Shown here in pieces: positions 1 to 14,500 of a DNA stretch of 64,000 nt. The DNA is taken from NCBI GenBank assembly GCA_964016885.1, contig OZ024743.1, positions 185,814,001-185,878,000 on the forward strand, written 5' to 3'. The position numbers were made by a program, and so were the translations under genes. A model generated the notes under the pieces. It had not been told where the DNA came from. It saw only the letters and a program-made list of their open reading frames with translations, and searched no databases. Origin of the DNA: Eledone cirrhosa. Its lineage: Eukaryota. The stretch's first letter is position 1. Every line of letters starts with the position of its first letter.

Positions 1-319
1 TTACTCTTTCTCTGCCCAAACTGTCCACAAAATATTTCATATCACAAGAAAGTAGGTTACCATCATCATCTTCATTTAACGTCTGCTTTTCCTACTAGCA
101 AGAGTTGGACTCGGTCTTTTTATATGCAATGAGAAATAACTTTTTACATTTCCAGAGGTCAAAAATCTATATCCCCATCACCATCATTTAGTGTCCGTTT
201 TCTCTGCTAGTAAAGGTTGAATGCTTTATACAAAGAATAAAATAAATAAATAATGAAATAACATTTTCCCCCATAAAGTTAATGTGCAGCTAGAGATCTA
301 TGTTAAATGTCAAATAAAA

Positions 320-1010
320 TAAAGCTGTGGACAAGTGTACCACCATGCATTTTGGGAGTAAAAATCCAGCGTCCACATACTCCCTCCACAACACTAATAT
401 CAAGAAGTCTTGTGAACGAGACCTGGGCATTACGGTCAGCAATGATTTGCGTTGGATGAAGCACATCTCTAAAATTGTCAAGAAGGCCGAGGGTGTCTTA
501 GCATCACTCAGCAAGACCTTTGTCAGCCACTCTCCGGCTATCTATTTAAAGCTGTATATAGCTATGGTGTGGCCACACTTAGAATTTGCATCACCAGTCT
601 GGAACCCCTATCTTGCTCAGAACATTGACCGCCTGGAAACTGTTCAGAGACGTGCAGCCAAGCGAATACCCTCCATCAGGCATCTACCATACTCTGAACA
701 CCTTGCTTCCCTGGGCATGGATACATTGAAGCTCTGATGTCTGGCAACTGACTTGGTAAACACCCACAAAATTACTAACCATCTTGCCAACAACAACCCT
801 GAGTACCTTTTTGATTTCCATGTGTCTAACACACATGGGCATGCCAACAAAGTCAGAAAACAGCACAGCTCCCATGACTTTCGGAAACATTTTTTCACAC
901 TCAGAGTTGCTGAAGCATGGAACAAACTACCTGCATCAGTTATTAGCTGTTGAAACACTGCATCCTTTAAAACCTCCATGCTTCCTGAGATTCACCAACA
1001 CTACACCTAA
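320..1010 (+). mobile_element. CR1/L2-type LINE 3' fragment (RT C-terminus, with stops)
   Basis: KCTTMHFG, ERDLGITV, PHLEFASPVWNPY, LETVQRRAAK, FFTLRVAEAWNKLP. Confidence 0.88.
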
Positions 1011-1818
1011 TATTCCTCCTCCATACACACGCACACATGTATATCATGACTCATACACTATTCACTTCTGACATTTGTATATTATTCTATCTGTCCTTGA
1101 GCACGGAGGAAACAATAATAAATTCTATCTTTCACCCAATGTCAAATATTTTAGGAACAGTGGGGTAGACAATTTCTATCTTTGACCCAAGGTAAAATAT
1201 TTTAGAGAAAATGAGTGTAGATGATTTAATCAACTTTAAAATTTAATTGATATTTATTTTATCCACCCTAGAAAGATGAAAGGTAAAGTCAACTCTAATA
1301 GGATTTTGACTTACTAACAAATACTTTTAACATTTTTGCCACTCTTAATAATTGTTTCTACTTTTGGCACAAGGTCAGCAATTTGAAGGGAAGGAGAAAG
1401 TCGATTCAATCAATCTCAGTGCATTACTGGTACTTTATTTTATCGAACACAAGGATGAAAGGCAAAGATAAACTCAGTGGGACTTGAACTCAGAATGTAA
1501 AAGGCTTTAATTATATGTCACAAAGCATTTTGTCTGGCACTCTAGCAATTCTGCCAAAGAAACATTTCTAATATTGGGATAAGGGCAAAAATTTAATGGT
1601 GGGCTTAGTTGATTAAATTGGTCCCCGAACTTGACAGGTACTATCTTTTATCAACCCTGAAAATATGAAATGCAAAGTTGACTTTGGTGGGATTTGAAAT
1701 GAAAATGAAGGTGCCAGAACATATACTGCAAACATTTTGCCTGATGCTGTAATGATTCCACCACACAGCAAGACAAAAGACAATGTAATGTAATAAAAAA
1801 TAAACTAGGACACTTTAC

Positions 1819-1908
1819 CTTTGGCATTGACAAACTTTGGTCTAAACCAATATCTACACGCATCATCATGGCACCAGAAATGCAAAACCAGAGGGAAAAC
1901 ACAACAAC
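1819..1908 (-). CDS. NPC1: NPC1 exon 13 (VVVFSLWFCISGAMMMRVDIGLDQSLSMPK); gene continues beyond the window start
   Basis: VDIGLDQSLSMP motif; CTGCAG acceptor, AAG|GTAAAG donor; 90 nt. Confidence 0.95.
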
Positions 1909-2269
1909 CTGCAGTAAGATATACAAGAAGCTTATTGCAGACTATATTTTATAACTAACTTAATATAATTATAATATTTTTATATAAAAACATTAAGTTT
2001 AAGGTAACAAAACATTCTACTGAACCATTATGATTTAATAATTATAATTATAAACACACTTGTTTTTAAGAACAACCTTATTTATTTAATCAATTTAAAC
2101 GTCCGTATAGAGTTAGTAAGCTATGACAGACTAGGGGAAATATCTAGTACTTCTTACAGTTGAGAAACAAAAAACAAGATATACAGAAATAAGTGAATAT
2201 AAACCCAACTTCTCCTTCAACTCATCCAAGCTTTGCCTTTCTCTCACATTTACATTGCACATCCAACGG

Positions 2270-2925
2270 AGCATGGTTGCTTCATTTCTCTCCAGTCACA
2301 GCCCATGTTTCACTATTATGCAGCATCGCACTTCACACACAGGCATCATATAGTTGTCCTTTTGTACGTAGGGAGAAACCTTTTGTGGTCAACAGTGGAA
2401 GTAGCTCTTTGAACTTTTTCCATCCTATCCTTATTCTAGTTATTATGCTCTCAGAGCACCCTTCTCCGTTGCTAATTATGTTGTTCAGATAGCAGAATCT
2501 ATCAACTACTTCTATGGGTCCTTCTTCTGACTGGAATAGGCTTACATTACTGGTTATCTTCCCCTCAGTTACCCCTGTGTGTCTTCTACAAACAGTCTTC
2601 CCTTCCTGTTAGCCTACTCATTATCCCCCTACATCTCTTGTGTACCCAAAATTTACATTGTGTACATCATATGGAGTTTATGTCTACTCCCTTTCTACAT
2701 ATTAAGCAGGGCCACTTTTCTGGCGGAATCAGGGTCCTATCTTCTCTCCTACTCACTAGCACTTTAGCTTTGGATAAGTTTACTCTCAAACCTTTTGATT
2801 CAAAATTCTGTTTCCAGAGTTGGAACTTATTTTATAGATCTTTAATGGATTCGGCTATAAGGACCAGATCATAGAGAAGTTCCTATGGGCAGCCAGTCTT
2901 AAACTCCTGTTATAGTCTGGAGGAC
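2270..2925 (-). mobile_element. Degraded RTE LINE fragment
   Basis: Antisense ORFs parallel those over the 37.4-38.1 kb RTE (REKPFVVNSGSSSLNFFHP). Confidence 0.8.
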
Positions 2926-3348
2926 TAGTAAGTGTATAAATAGTTGTAGACAGGAAATTCCATACTGCTGTCCATGGCATTAAATACATGAAAACACATG
3001 ATGCAGTCTCATTGTCAAGGCCTGATCCAGGGTGGGGAAACTGATCTGTTTGAACCCCACAAGTGGATGTCCATCAACATAGTGTTAGTAAATTAATAAA
3101 TTCTGACTGATGATTACAAGGTACATGTGTCTATGGATTACACATACTCTCATTCAATGAGTAAGTAGTTCCATCATATATATATATATGAACATTTATT
3201 TTATGGTTTAATTAGAGGAAGAATGGCAGCAGCCCTGACCTTTTTGTAGAGGCTCTATGACTGGTGGAGGAAAAGGAAGATCATGTTAGCCTCAGACAGG
3301 TGGCCTGGTCTGAATGCATGAAACAGACTGAATTCCACTAAAGATATC

Positions 3349-3986
3349 TAAGGATCAAGTGGTGGTATTAAATACCACTATGTGTACCCAAGGGCCAGGT
3401 AGTGGTATTAAACTGGGTAATGTGTACCCAAAGGTCAGGTAGTGGTATTAAACTGAGCAATGTATACCCAAAGGCCAGGTAGTGGTATTAAACTGGGCAA
3501 TGTGTACCCAAGGCTCAAGTGGTGGTATTAAACTGGGCAATGTGTACCCAAGGGTCAAGTGATGGTATTAAACTGGGCAATGTATACCCAAGAATCAAGT
3601 GGTGGTATTAAACTGGGCAATGTGTACCCAAAGGTCAGGTAGTTGTATTAAACTGAGCAATATATACCCAAAGGCCAGGTAGTGGTATTAAACTGGGCAA
3701 TGTGTACCCAAAGGCCAAGTAGTGGTATTAAACTGAGCAATGTATACCCAAGGATCAAGTGGTGGTATTAAACTGGGCAATGTATACCCAAAGGCCAGGT
3801 AGTGGTATTAAACTGGGCAAGGTGTACCCAAGGGTGAAGTGGTGGTATTAAACTGGGCAATGTGTACCCAAAGGCCAGGTAGTGGTATTAAACTGGGCAA
3901 TGTATACCCAAAGGCCAGGTAGTGATATTAAACTGGGCAATGTGTACCCAAGGGCCAGGTGGTGGTATTAAACTGGGCAATGTGTA
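3349..3986. repeat. 40-bp minisatellite (GGTAGTGGTATTAAACTGGGCAATGTGTACCCAAAGGCCA), about 16 copies
   Basis: Visible 40-bp periodicity with point variants and no unique spacers. Confidence 0.97.
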
Positions 3987-4087
3987 GACAAACATGTTCT
4001 CTATTAGAATCTAATTCAAAACACTTTCTTCCTACTGAATTTGTTTATATTTTATATAAGTTTTCATAAAATATCTTATTAAAAAAA

Positions 4088-4278
4088 AAAGACTGAATAC
4101 AGATTTTTACAAACAATTAAGGTACCCAACAACTTAAAAACTGAATACAGACTTTAACAAACATATAAGGTACCTAACAACTTAAAAACTGAATACAGAC
4201 TTTAACAAACATATAAGGTACCCAACAACTTAAAACTGAATATAGACCTTAAACATTTAAGACCCACAACAACTTCAA
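4088..4278. repeat. About 48-bp tandem repeat, about 4 copies, next to the exon 12 donor
   Basis: CTGAATACAGACTTTAACAAACATATAAGGTACCCAACAACTTAAAAA repeated. Confidence 0.9.
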
Positions 4279-4290
4279 ATGAATACTCAC

Positions 4291-4425
4291 AATGATTGGT
4301 CGAACATAGTTTTTCATTATAAATCTAGCATAGTAGTTCTTTATTAAAGAGTATAAACATTCTTCATGGCTGATAATAGTCTTCATCTTCAGCTTTATAC
4401 AACACAATATATCAAATCTGTTACT
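4291..4425 (-). CDS. NPC1: NPC1 exon 12 (SNRFDILCCIK...KNYYARFIMKNYVRPII)
   Basis: R-x-D-x-x-CC and Y-A-x-F...VRP motifs; TTTCAG acceptor, ATT|GTGAGT donor; 135 nt. Confidence 0.93.
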
Positions 4426-6844
4426 CTGAAAAGAAAATTAAGGTTAAGTTCCTGTTATCATTTTATTTGTCTTTTGTTCATCTTTTCACGTCCACACTTC
4501 CATGCTTGCATGGGTTGGACATATACATAATCACTGTGAATGTTATTTGATATATGAATATTGTGCTTTCCTTAATTTTTGACAGTCTTCCTGGCCGGAT
4601 CCTCTTCCTATCCCCAACCACTTTACAGTACAAACTGTATATTTTTAGATATCAAAAAATTTTTTTGTTAGATGCATCTTTAGCAATGTCAACATTTTAG
4701 TAAATATTTCCCAATATAATGTGCTGTAATCAATAGATTTGTTACAACACCAGTGGCAGTTTTGTCTTTATGTAGTGATGCAAAGAGAAATACACTTCTC
4801 CGAAACAGCTCTAGGCTTTCAATTGAAAACTGCAAGCTAATAAGATTCTTATCATCACTTATTATTTATCATCTATTTTCCCTGCTGGTAAGTGTTGACT
4901 TATTTTATGTTGATATACATATATATCATCATTATGATCATCACTTTTTAACCTAATTTTTCATGCTTGGATGGGTTGTTATGTAAGGGGCTAGACCAGT
5001 CAAATCAATAGGTCTTGCTCATAAAACATCCATTTTCCTACTAGCAAGCGATTTTATTTTTTTAATGTTTTTATATATATGTAAAATCATCATCATCATC
5101 ATCATCAGTTTAACATCTATTTTTCATGCTTGCATGGGTTAAACAAATTGTTATATACTGAGGCTAGATTAGTCAGATGACCAAGCCATGCTTGTATGCT
5201 CTGTCTTTGGCTTAGTTTTCTATGGCTGAATGCTGTTCCTAAGGCCTACCACTTTACAGTGAAAAATGGGTGCTTTTATAGTGACACCAGCACTGTAGAG
5301 GCATTGATGGGGGAGACTTATTTATATGTTGAAATAAGGTTGATATATTTTTGACTATGAGGACTCTACTGTGAAGAGTTAAATGCTTTTGATTGGTTAT
5401 AACATGGCCCTAATAGCAATATGATGATGATATATATATAGGCCAGCTCTGTACTGTTTTAACCAATCATGACCCTAAAACATCACAAATAACCTTCATA
5501 TAATCAAGAAAAGCATGTTTTTTTCATTACTTGGTGATATAATAGTTCTAGGAAAAGTAAAATCGTTATATTCTAAAATGGCTAAAAGGAACTTAACAGC
5601 AAAAGGTGAATGCAATGGAATTGGAATAAGCTGGGAGTAGTCCCTTGGGTGTACCATAACTTATGAGAAAGAGTAAGTGTGAATGAATTAAGATGGTAGA
5701 TGGCCAGAAAATGGTATATATGTACATGGAAAGCAAAAGAATGATACATGCTCGGTGACTAAGTTGTTGGGTCACAACCGTCCCTTAGCAAGCAACATGC
5801 ATCTTGTCCCTCCCCCACCACATTCTCATCTTTTCCATTCCTATCAGTCTTCCCAGCTTGGTTGAGAATGACAAGCATTCTTGTGTCTATAAGTGGTAGT
5901 GCTAATGTCATGGTAAAATGCACCCAACCCTCTCTGTAAAGTGTTGCAATAAAAATCACCCAGTCCACCCAATTAGGTGGTAATGGTGGTGTCATGATAA
6001 AACACACCAGGTACATGCTGTAAAATGGTTGGTGTTAGGAAGGGCACCCAGCCATAGAAACTATATTAGAATGGAACATATGAGCAAGACACAGTCATCT
6101 GAAATGTCTGACCTCAGTATGTGAATCTGTCTAACCAATGTAAACATGTAAAATAAATGTTGAACAATGATGATGATAAATGCCAGTCTTCACATTTCAG
6201 ATGACACAAGAATGTATCTTAGTTTTTAGAATAGGTACACTGTATTCCTGTGTACCATATGAGAGTTTGTGTCAGAAAGAGCATATGGCTGTAAAACATT
6301 GTCTTAAAACATTCCATCCAGCCCCTGCCAACATAGAAAAGTAGACATGATGATGATGACGACAGATGCTGCATTGCAAAATGATCTAGTACATATTAAA
6401 ATTGTAATTATGATAATGATAATGTTTGTAACAAAACACAAAAAAATTACACCACCCAACTTGTAATTTTCTTTTTCTTAATGTTATATTTAGTTTAGAT
6501 AGTGTGGATTTGTAAATTTAGATATCTGTAAAACATCTGAGTTCATGTCCTACCATTTCTGAAACAGACAGACTGGGACAGTGAAACTGGCTCAGGGCAC
6601 CTTGATCCAGAACACTATAATACCTGCACCTAAGCACAAACACTGCATCACAAACACACACACACAAAATCTAACTCGCATTTGTTATAACCGTCTTCAT
6701 TAAAATTAGTTTTTAATATTTTTCATAAATATCCTACAGAATTCTAATTTACATTTGCTAAACACTAATTTAGGTTTGTATCTACTTCTTAAGTATATAG
6801 TTGTTTCATTGTATTATTGATTGCTTTGTTTTTGTAAAACTTAC

Positions 6845-6972
6845 CTTTTGTCGTCGTGCATCCAATGCCATTAAACTTATAAAGCAGGTAATTTGTAGAA
6901 GAAAATCACAGAAAACAGCCATTCCAGCATAAAGGGAAAACATTCGGACAGCTGGCATTGTAGTCAAAGCAC
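6845..6972 (-). CDS. NPC1: NPC1 exon 11 ([43 protein letters not shown])
   Basis: End of SSD; TTTAG acceptor, AAG|GTAAGT donor; 128 nt. Confidence 0.97.
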
Positions 6973-7007
6973 CTAAATTAAACAAACAAAAATATATGAT
7001 GAAACTA

Positions 7008-7140
7008 CATTCCATAAATCATTTTAGAAAAATACCTCCACACACACACTGTACATTCCATATATCATTTTAAAAAAATACCTCCACACAAACACTGTAC
7101 ATTCCATATATCATTTTAGAAAAATACCTACACACAAACA
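7008..7140. repeat. About 48-bp tandem repeat, about 3 copies, near the exon 11 acceptor
   Basis: CATTCCATATATCATTTTAGAAAAATACCTCCACACA... repeated. Confidence 0.85.
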
Positions 7141-8719
7141 CACACACTAAAACATACATGCAGATTTTTCTCATATTTTAGAAAGATGCCCATAACATTT
7201 GCAAGCCATATAAGATTAATGAGATTGACTTGGTTGATTATTGATATTCAGCTTAAAGTATTTTGAGGTTAATGACAGTAAGGAAATCTATCTAAATATC
7301 AATGCCGACTGCCAGGCTACCTGCCTGTCTTTATATGTCCCTTCCAAAGCACTCTATCCACCATTAGTATTTTGAGTTCTCCTACACTATCTTTCAGAAA
7401 GTTATCAGTGTAATTTTTTTCCTTCCATCCCTGTTTGTGTGTCTATTAGATGGTTACCACAGAACAAAATCACTTGCTATCTCCTCATGGTGATGAACAC
7501 AGTGATCTGCAAGTTTCATTCTCCTCTGCCTTATTTTTTCTGTTACAGGTAGAAACTGCTGATACCTATGAAAAGTTTGGTGATGAAAAGCATTTAAATG
7601 AGTGGCAATTTCTAGACAGTTTGGAAAAAGTGTTTAGTGGAGTAGGATATGAAGGCTGAGATATAGTAGGGACAACAAAAGAAGAAGCTGGTCATTTATG
7701 TTTGGGGCAAGATAATGCATATGACAGAGAAGCAGAAATAGAGAAAAAGAGGGGACATCACAACAATGGGCTAGAGGATATAATGAAGGCTTAATTGTAT
7801 TTGGATGTAATCTAGGATATTTCTCCATGTGTTTAGCAACTGTTCTAAATATCTTATAAGTACACTAGTCAGAGCTGAAGCATTTTTGGAGGGACTTGAA
7901 AAAAATATAGGAGTTTAGACACCATTTTGACTCTTATAGACATGAAGTCATCATGGGAGTTGGAGTTTAAAGTTTTAGTTGTGTGTTTTTCATGAATAAT
8001 GAGAGGGCTTTGCTCAATGACACTAAGCAGTCATATTTCTATTGAAAGTATCAAGGAGATGATTCCAAATAATAGATGTTTATACAGTTAATCATCTCAA
8101 ATTGATCAAATGAAAAATAAAGGTGTATGAATGGTTGTGTTGTAGGGAAAAACCCTGAACACCCCCGCATAACTAAAACTGGACTAGACAAAATGTCTAT
8201 AAATAATAACTGAAATGAACTGTCAGAAGACTGTGTATACGGAGTCTCATTGTAGTGATCTCATTGGTAGTTCAAAATTACGCCTGATGAATACTTTGGT
8301 TTTACCTTCGTTTGTACAGATATACTAACAAGTGTAACAACCCATTAAAACAGAACGATTTGTATTAGCAACAAGTGAATATTCTAGAAAGATGTAATAA
8401 CATTTATCTAGAGAAATTAGCTTAGCATAGTCAATTGATCACTCTAAGCTCTACCTAAGAGACCATTTTAACTTATTATTGCAAGTTAATGGCACACTCA
8501 TCAATGTTTCAGTATGCTCACTGATTAAATGAAGATTTAAACCACATATTGACAATTAAATTGACTGGGTTATTTGAGAGTTAAATTAGCTGCCCAACAA
8601 CCTGAAAACTTAGTCACCTAAGGGATTCAAATATTTGACAAAAAAAAAAATCTTTTTTTGTGATCATTTTTAATTATACCTTTAAGTTACAACAATTAAC
8701 ATTACTTAATTACACTTAC

Positions 8720-8834
8720 CTAATAAGAAAGCTACTGATTCAGAAAGGCTTGTAAGTAGCATGCTAGGTCCAATTTTGCCAACAATTCTTCCAATTTTGG
8801 ATTCCAATTCTTCTTCTGGTTCACCCACATCACG
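8720..8834 (-). CDS. NPC1: NPC1 exon 10 (RD...IGRIVGKIGPSMLLTSLSESVAFLL)
   Basis: GPSMLLTS-x-SE motif; TTTTAG acceptor, G|GTAAGT donor; 115 nt. Confidence 0.95.
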
Positions 8835-10331
8835 CTAAAAAGATAAACAAACATAGTTAGTTACACAGAGTGACTTATGACAAGATCCCTGATCGTGATA
8901 GGCTCCGGTGTTGTGGAGAACCTTGTTGATAAGAGCACAACAGGAAGTCAGCAATGGAGGAAGTGCTGGCAATGCAATGAAACTGGAGTGAAGACCAAGG
9001 CCACATTATCTGACAGGTAAAGTGGATTTCTACCATCCAATGGTAGGGAAGGGACTACTGAGTGGAGAATGTGACAAATAATCTCTACAGACTTGCCCAT
9101 AGTTGCATCATCCAGGTATCATGCATTGAATGGTGCCATGTACCGAATGATGTAAGCAAGGGAGTTTCAATTAATTGAAACTTCCCTCAGAGAAACTATA
9201 TTCTTCAGATAATTGCTAACAATTACCACCAGGCTTTTATTTTCTTTCTCCAACCAAAAGGACAGTTTCAATTAATTGAGATTTTTCCTCCATGCATAAT
9301 TATGTACATCAGCTCATAATATACATATATATATAGATTCGACATATATTTATTATCCATATTTCATCTTTGAACTTGAGCTTGAGATCATGTGAGGGAT
9401 ATCAAAATTCACTTTGTACAAAATATCTTTGTCCACTCATTCCAAAAAGCATCATGGAGGCAAAGTCCTCAGACACGCCTTTTAGAGAGTCCTATCAGAA
9501 AAAAAAACCATCTCCAATTTATCTGGCTAGATTCTGAAGCAGCTCAATTGGGCTTATGGATATTATCCAAACCATTGTGCTTGTGGTTTACCTCTGGGTC
9601 TCCAGCAAGTGGCTTTGCCAGTAAAATCTGTTATTTCATTATTTCCTTAGACACTCTGACATGTCTATAATATTGGAGCCATGATCTCTCAATGTGGAGT
9701 AATAGTAGCTTTATCTGGAGTGACTCTCTGAGCTATACACTGTATTGAAACCCTTTGGAGAAACCCTCATTTCGGCCACTTGTTTTCATGATCATTATTC
9801 AAAACTCATGACTGTAAGTAAGTGTGGCCATAAATACCGAATTGAAGATAACAAGTTTGGTTTTTACATCTACCTCCCTTCTCTTGATTGAGTGTTGATG
9901 CATTATTTGCACCAGCTCCAGCAATTCTTGCATTTAATTAAGCCTCTAACCTGTCATCACTTGTGATCTAACCTGAAAGTTCCTCTTTAGTTAAAGAAAG
10001 TATAATCTCCAGCTTTTCTTTGTTAATTGCTAACTATTACCTCTAGGTTTTTATTTTCTTTCTCAAGTTATGAGGAAATTCTGACCTCAGTATTTTAGAT
10101 TGTACAAATAATAAGACATCTATAGATAGGCCTTTGGGGGAAATTTTATCATTCCCAGATTAGAAAAGTGGACATTAAGTTGATAATAGTCTTAGTTAAA
10201 AATCACAATGAAGTATTGTACTTCGTTTAGATGTCTTTTATTTAGCCAAGAGGTGTGTTACATTTAACCTGCCAGAGATACAGTGGCAATATTCAAAAGA
10301 CACGATGATTAAGATATAACGAGTGACTTAC

Positions 10332-10514
10332 CTGCAATGCTTGTACAAGAATGAAGATATTATCAACTCCAACAGCCAGTACTAAAAATGGTACAACTTC
10401 GATAATGATAAGTGTAGCTGGCTGTCCAATGTAGCTGAAGATTCCAAGTGACATCATCACAGACATAACTACAATGATAACTCCACCCAGACCTAGGGTA
10501 ATTTTAGAATCAAT
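10332..10514 (-). CDS. NPC1: NPC1 exon 9 (SSD: [15 protein letters not shown]...[25 protein letters not shown])
   Basis: Canonical SSD motif [13 protein letters not shown]; TTCAG acceptor, CAG|GTAAGT donor; 183 nt. Confidence 0.97.
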
Positions 10515-11097
10515 CTGAAAATATAGGAAAAAAAAAAATCATCATCAGCTGCAACAACAATACCACCACCATCACCAATATTTAATTTCTCTTTCCGATG
10601 CTTGCATGGGTTAGATATGTTTTGGGCTCGATTTCAATGGTTGGATGCCTTTTCTAATGCCAACTACTTTACAGCATATACTGGGACCATTTTATCATGA
10701 CTCTGGTACTAACACTGTACAAGTCTGGGTGCTTTTTGTTGTAGCACACAGTACAACAATCTTACAGAGCGGACTGGGTGCCTTTTATCATGGCACCAGT
10801 ATGACTACCTTATAGTGTGGACTGGGTACTTTTTATTGTAGCACCAGCACTACCACCTTACAGGGTGGATTGAGTACTTTTTGTTATGGCACCAGCACTA
10901 CCACTTTACAGGGTGGACTGGGTACTTTTTATAATGGTGGCAACACTACCATTTTACAGAGTAGGTTGGATGCATTGATTATAGAAAAAATAAGAAAACT
11001 TTATCAGTAAACAAGTACCGCTGAGCTATCTTCTCTCAGACACACCAAAATGAGCTATTGATATGAAAATAAAATATATAAATAATAAACAACTCAC

Positions 11098-11226
11098 CAT
11101 GATGGTCGAAAAGCTGCGGAACTGTCCAAGAGCCAAGGAGATGTATACAAACATGATCAGGTAACTGATCACAATTGTGCTAACATCAGATTTACTTTCA
11201 CGTTCCAGTTCATCTTGAATGGAACG
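11098..11226 (-). CDS. NPC1: NPC1 exon 8 ([34 protein letters not shown]; start of sterol-sensing domain)
   Basis: Hand translation; TTCCAG acceptor, ATG|GTGAG donor; 129 nt, phase 0. Confidence 0.95.
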
Positions 11227-11570
11227 CTGGAAAAAAATAAATGGAGAAATAGCAAGATATTAGTTTCAGTTATAAAACAACTTTATTAAATATTTTATAT
11301 AGCATTTTGTGAACAATATTAGCTTCCAACAGCTCAATTACCAATTCACTGCATTTAAGATGGCACCTAACAAAGGACAATCTCTTGAACCCTATCAGAA
11401 TAGATGCTACATAGTATTGTGGTTGGGATGCACCATTTTAGTGCTTCTTTTTTGCTGATATTTACGTTTTTCATCAATATACAAAAGATATATATAAATA
11501 GCAAAAAATATATATAAATACACACATACAACGATCTTTCATGCAAATTTTGTCAACCAAATTCCTTTCT

Positions 11571-14500
11571 ACTATTGAGCTATCTTTTCCTCTCAGACAC
11601 ACCAAAACATACTGCTGAGCTATCTTCTCCTCTCAGACATACCAACACATACTGCTGAGCTATATTCTCCTCTCCGACACACCAAAACATACGGCTGAGC
11701 TATCTTCTCCTCTCAGACATACCAACACATATTGCTGAGCTATCTTCTCCTCTCAGACATACCAACACATATTGCTGAGCTATCTTCTCCTCTCAGACAC
11801 ACCAAAACATACTGCTGAGCTATCTTCTCCTCTCAGACATACCAACACATACTGCTGAGCTATCTTCTCCTCTCAGACACACCAACACATACTGCTGAGC
11901 TATCTTCTCCTCTCAGACACACCAACACATACTGCTGAGCTATCTTCTCTCAGACACACCAACACATACTGCTGAGCTATCTCCTTTCAGACACACCAAC
12001 ACATAGTGCTGAGCAATCTTCTCCTCTCAGACACACCAACACATACTGCTGAGCTATCTTCTCCTCTCAGACACACCAACACATACTGCTGAGCTATCGT
12101 CTCCTCTCAGACATACCAACACATACTGCTGAGCTATCTTCTCCTCTCAGACATACCAAAACATACTGCTGAGCTATCTTCTCTCAGACATACCAACACA
12201 TACTGCTGAGCTATCTTCTCCTCTCAGACACACCAACACATACTGCTGAGCTATCTTCTCCTCTCAGACTCGCCAAAACATACTGCTGAGCTATCTTCTC
12301 TCAGACACACCAACACATACTGCTGAGCTATCTTCTCCTCTCAGACATACCAACACATACTGCTGAGCTATCTTCTCCTCTCAGACACACCAACACATAC
12401 TGCTGAGCTATCTTCTCTCAGACACACCAACACATACTGCTGAGCTATCTTCTCTCAGACACACCAACACATACTGCTGAGCTATCTTCTCTCAGACACA
12501 CCAACACATACTGCTGAGCTATCTTCTCTCAGACACACCAACACATACTGCTGAGCTATCTTCTCTCAGACACACCAACACATACTGCTGAGCTATCTTC
12601 TCTCAGACACACCAACACATACTGCTGAGCTATCTTCTCCTCTCAAACACACCAAAACATACTGCTGAGCTATCTTCTCTCAGACACACCAACACACACT
12701 GCTGAGCTATCTTCTCTCAGACACACCAACACATACTGCTGAGCTATCTTCTCCTCTCAGACACACCAACACATACTGCTGAGCTATCTTCTCCTCTCAG
12801 ACACACCAATACATACTGCTGAGCTATCTTCTCCTCTCAGACACACCAATACATACTGCTGAGCTATCTTCTCCTCTCAGACACACCAAAACATACTGCT
12901 GAGCTATCTTCTCTCAGACACACCAACACATACTGCTGAGCTATCTTTTCCTCTCAGACACACCAACACATAATGCTGAGCTATCTTTTCCTCTCAGACA
13001 CACCAACACATACTGCTGAGCTATCTTTTCCTCTCAGACACACCAACACATACTGCTGAGCTATCTTTTCCTCTCAGACACACCAACACATACTGCTAAG
13101 CTATCTTTTCCTCTCAGACACACCAACACATACTGCTGAGCTATCTTCTCCTCTCAGACACACCAACACACACTGCTGAGCTATCTTCTCCTCTCAGACA
13201 CACCAACACATACTGCTGAGCTATCTTTTCCTCTCAGACATACCAACACATACTGCTGAGCTATCTTCTCCTCTCAGACACACCAAAACATACTGCTGAG
13301 CTATCTTCTCTCAGACACACCAACACATACTGCTGAGTTATCTTTTCCTCTCAGACATACCAACACATACTGCTGAGCTATCTTCTCCTCTCAGACACAC
13401 CAACACATACTGCTGAGCTATCTTTTCCTCTCAGACACACCAACACATACTGCTGAGCTATCTTCTCCTCTCAAACACACCAAAACATACTGCTGAGCTA
13501 TCTTCTCTCAGACACACCAACACACACTGCTGAGCTATCTTCTCTCAGACACACCAACACATACTGCTGAGCTATCTTTTCCTCTCAGACACACCAACAC
13601 ACACTGCTGAGCTATCTTCTCCTCTCAGACACACCAACACACACTGCTGAGCTATCTTCTCCTCTCAGACACACCAAAACATACTGCTGAGCTATCTTCT
13701 CTCAGACACACCAACACATACTGCTGAGCTATCTTCTCCTCTCAGACACACCAACACATACTGCTGAGCTATCTTTTCCTCTCAGACACACCAACACACA
13801 CTGCTGAGCTATCTTCTCCTCTCAGACACACCAACACACACTGCTGAGCTATCTTCTCCTCTCAGACACACCAAAACATACTGCTGAGCTATCTCTCAGA
13901 CACACCAACACATACTACTGAGCTATCTTCGCCTCTCAGACACACCAACACACACTGCTGAGCTATCTTCTCCTCTCAGACACACCAACACATACTGCTG
14001 AGCTATCTTCTCTCAGACACACCAACACATACTGCTGAGCTATTTTCTCCTTTCAGACACACCAACACATACTGCTGAGCTATCTTCTCCTCTCAGACAC
14101 ACCAACACACACTGCTGAGCTATCTTCTCCTCTCAGACACACCAACACATACTGCTGAGCTATCTTCTCTCAGACACACCAACACATACTGCTGAGCTAT
14201 CTTCTCCTTTCAGACACACCAACACATACTGCTGAGCTATCTTCTCTCAGACACACCAACACATACTGCTGAGCTATCTTCTCTTAGACACACCAACACA
14301 TACTGCTGAGCTATCTTCTCTCAGACACACCAACAAACACTGCTGAGCTATCTTCTCCTCTCAGACACACCAACACATACTGCTGAGCTATCTTCTCCTC
14401 TCAGACACATCAACACATACTGCTGAGCTATCTTCTCTCAGACACACCAACACACACTGCTGAGCTATCTTCTCCTCTCAGACATACCAAAACATACTGC

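Noticed and set aside
3349-3986. 40-bp periodic array resembling CRISPR
   Set aside because: No unique spacers, no cas genes, eukaryotic intron; it is a minisatellite.
8283-8330. Isolated CTGATGA (also near 3107, 44705 and 55765)
   Set aside because: No matching stem II/GAAA/stem I arrangement.
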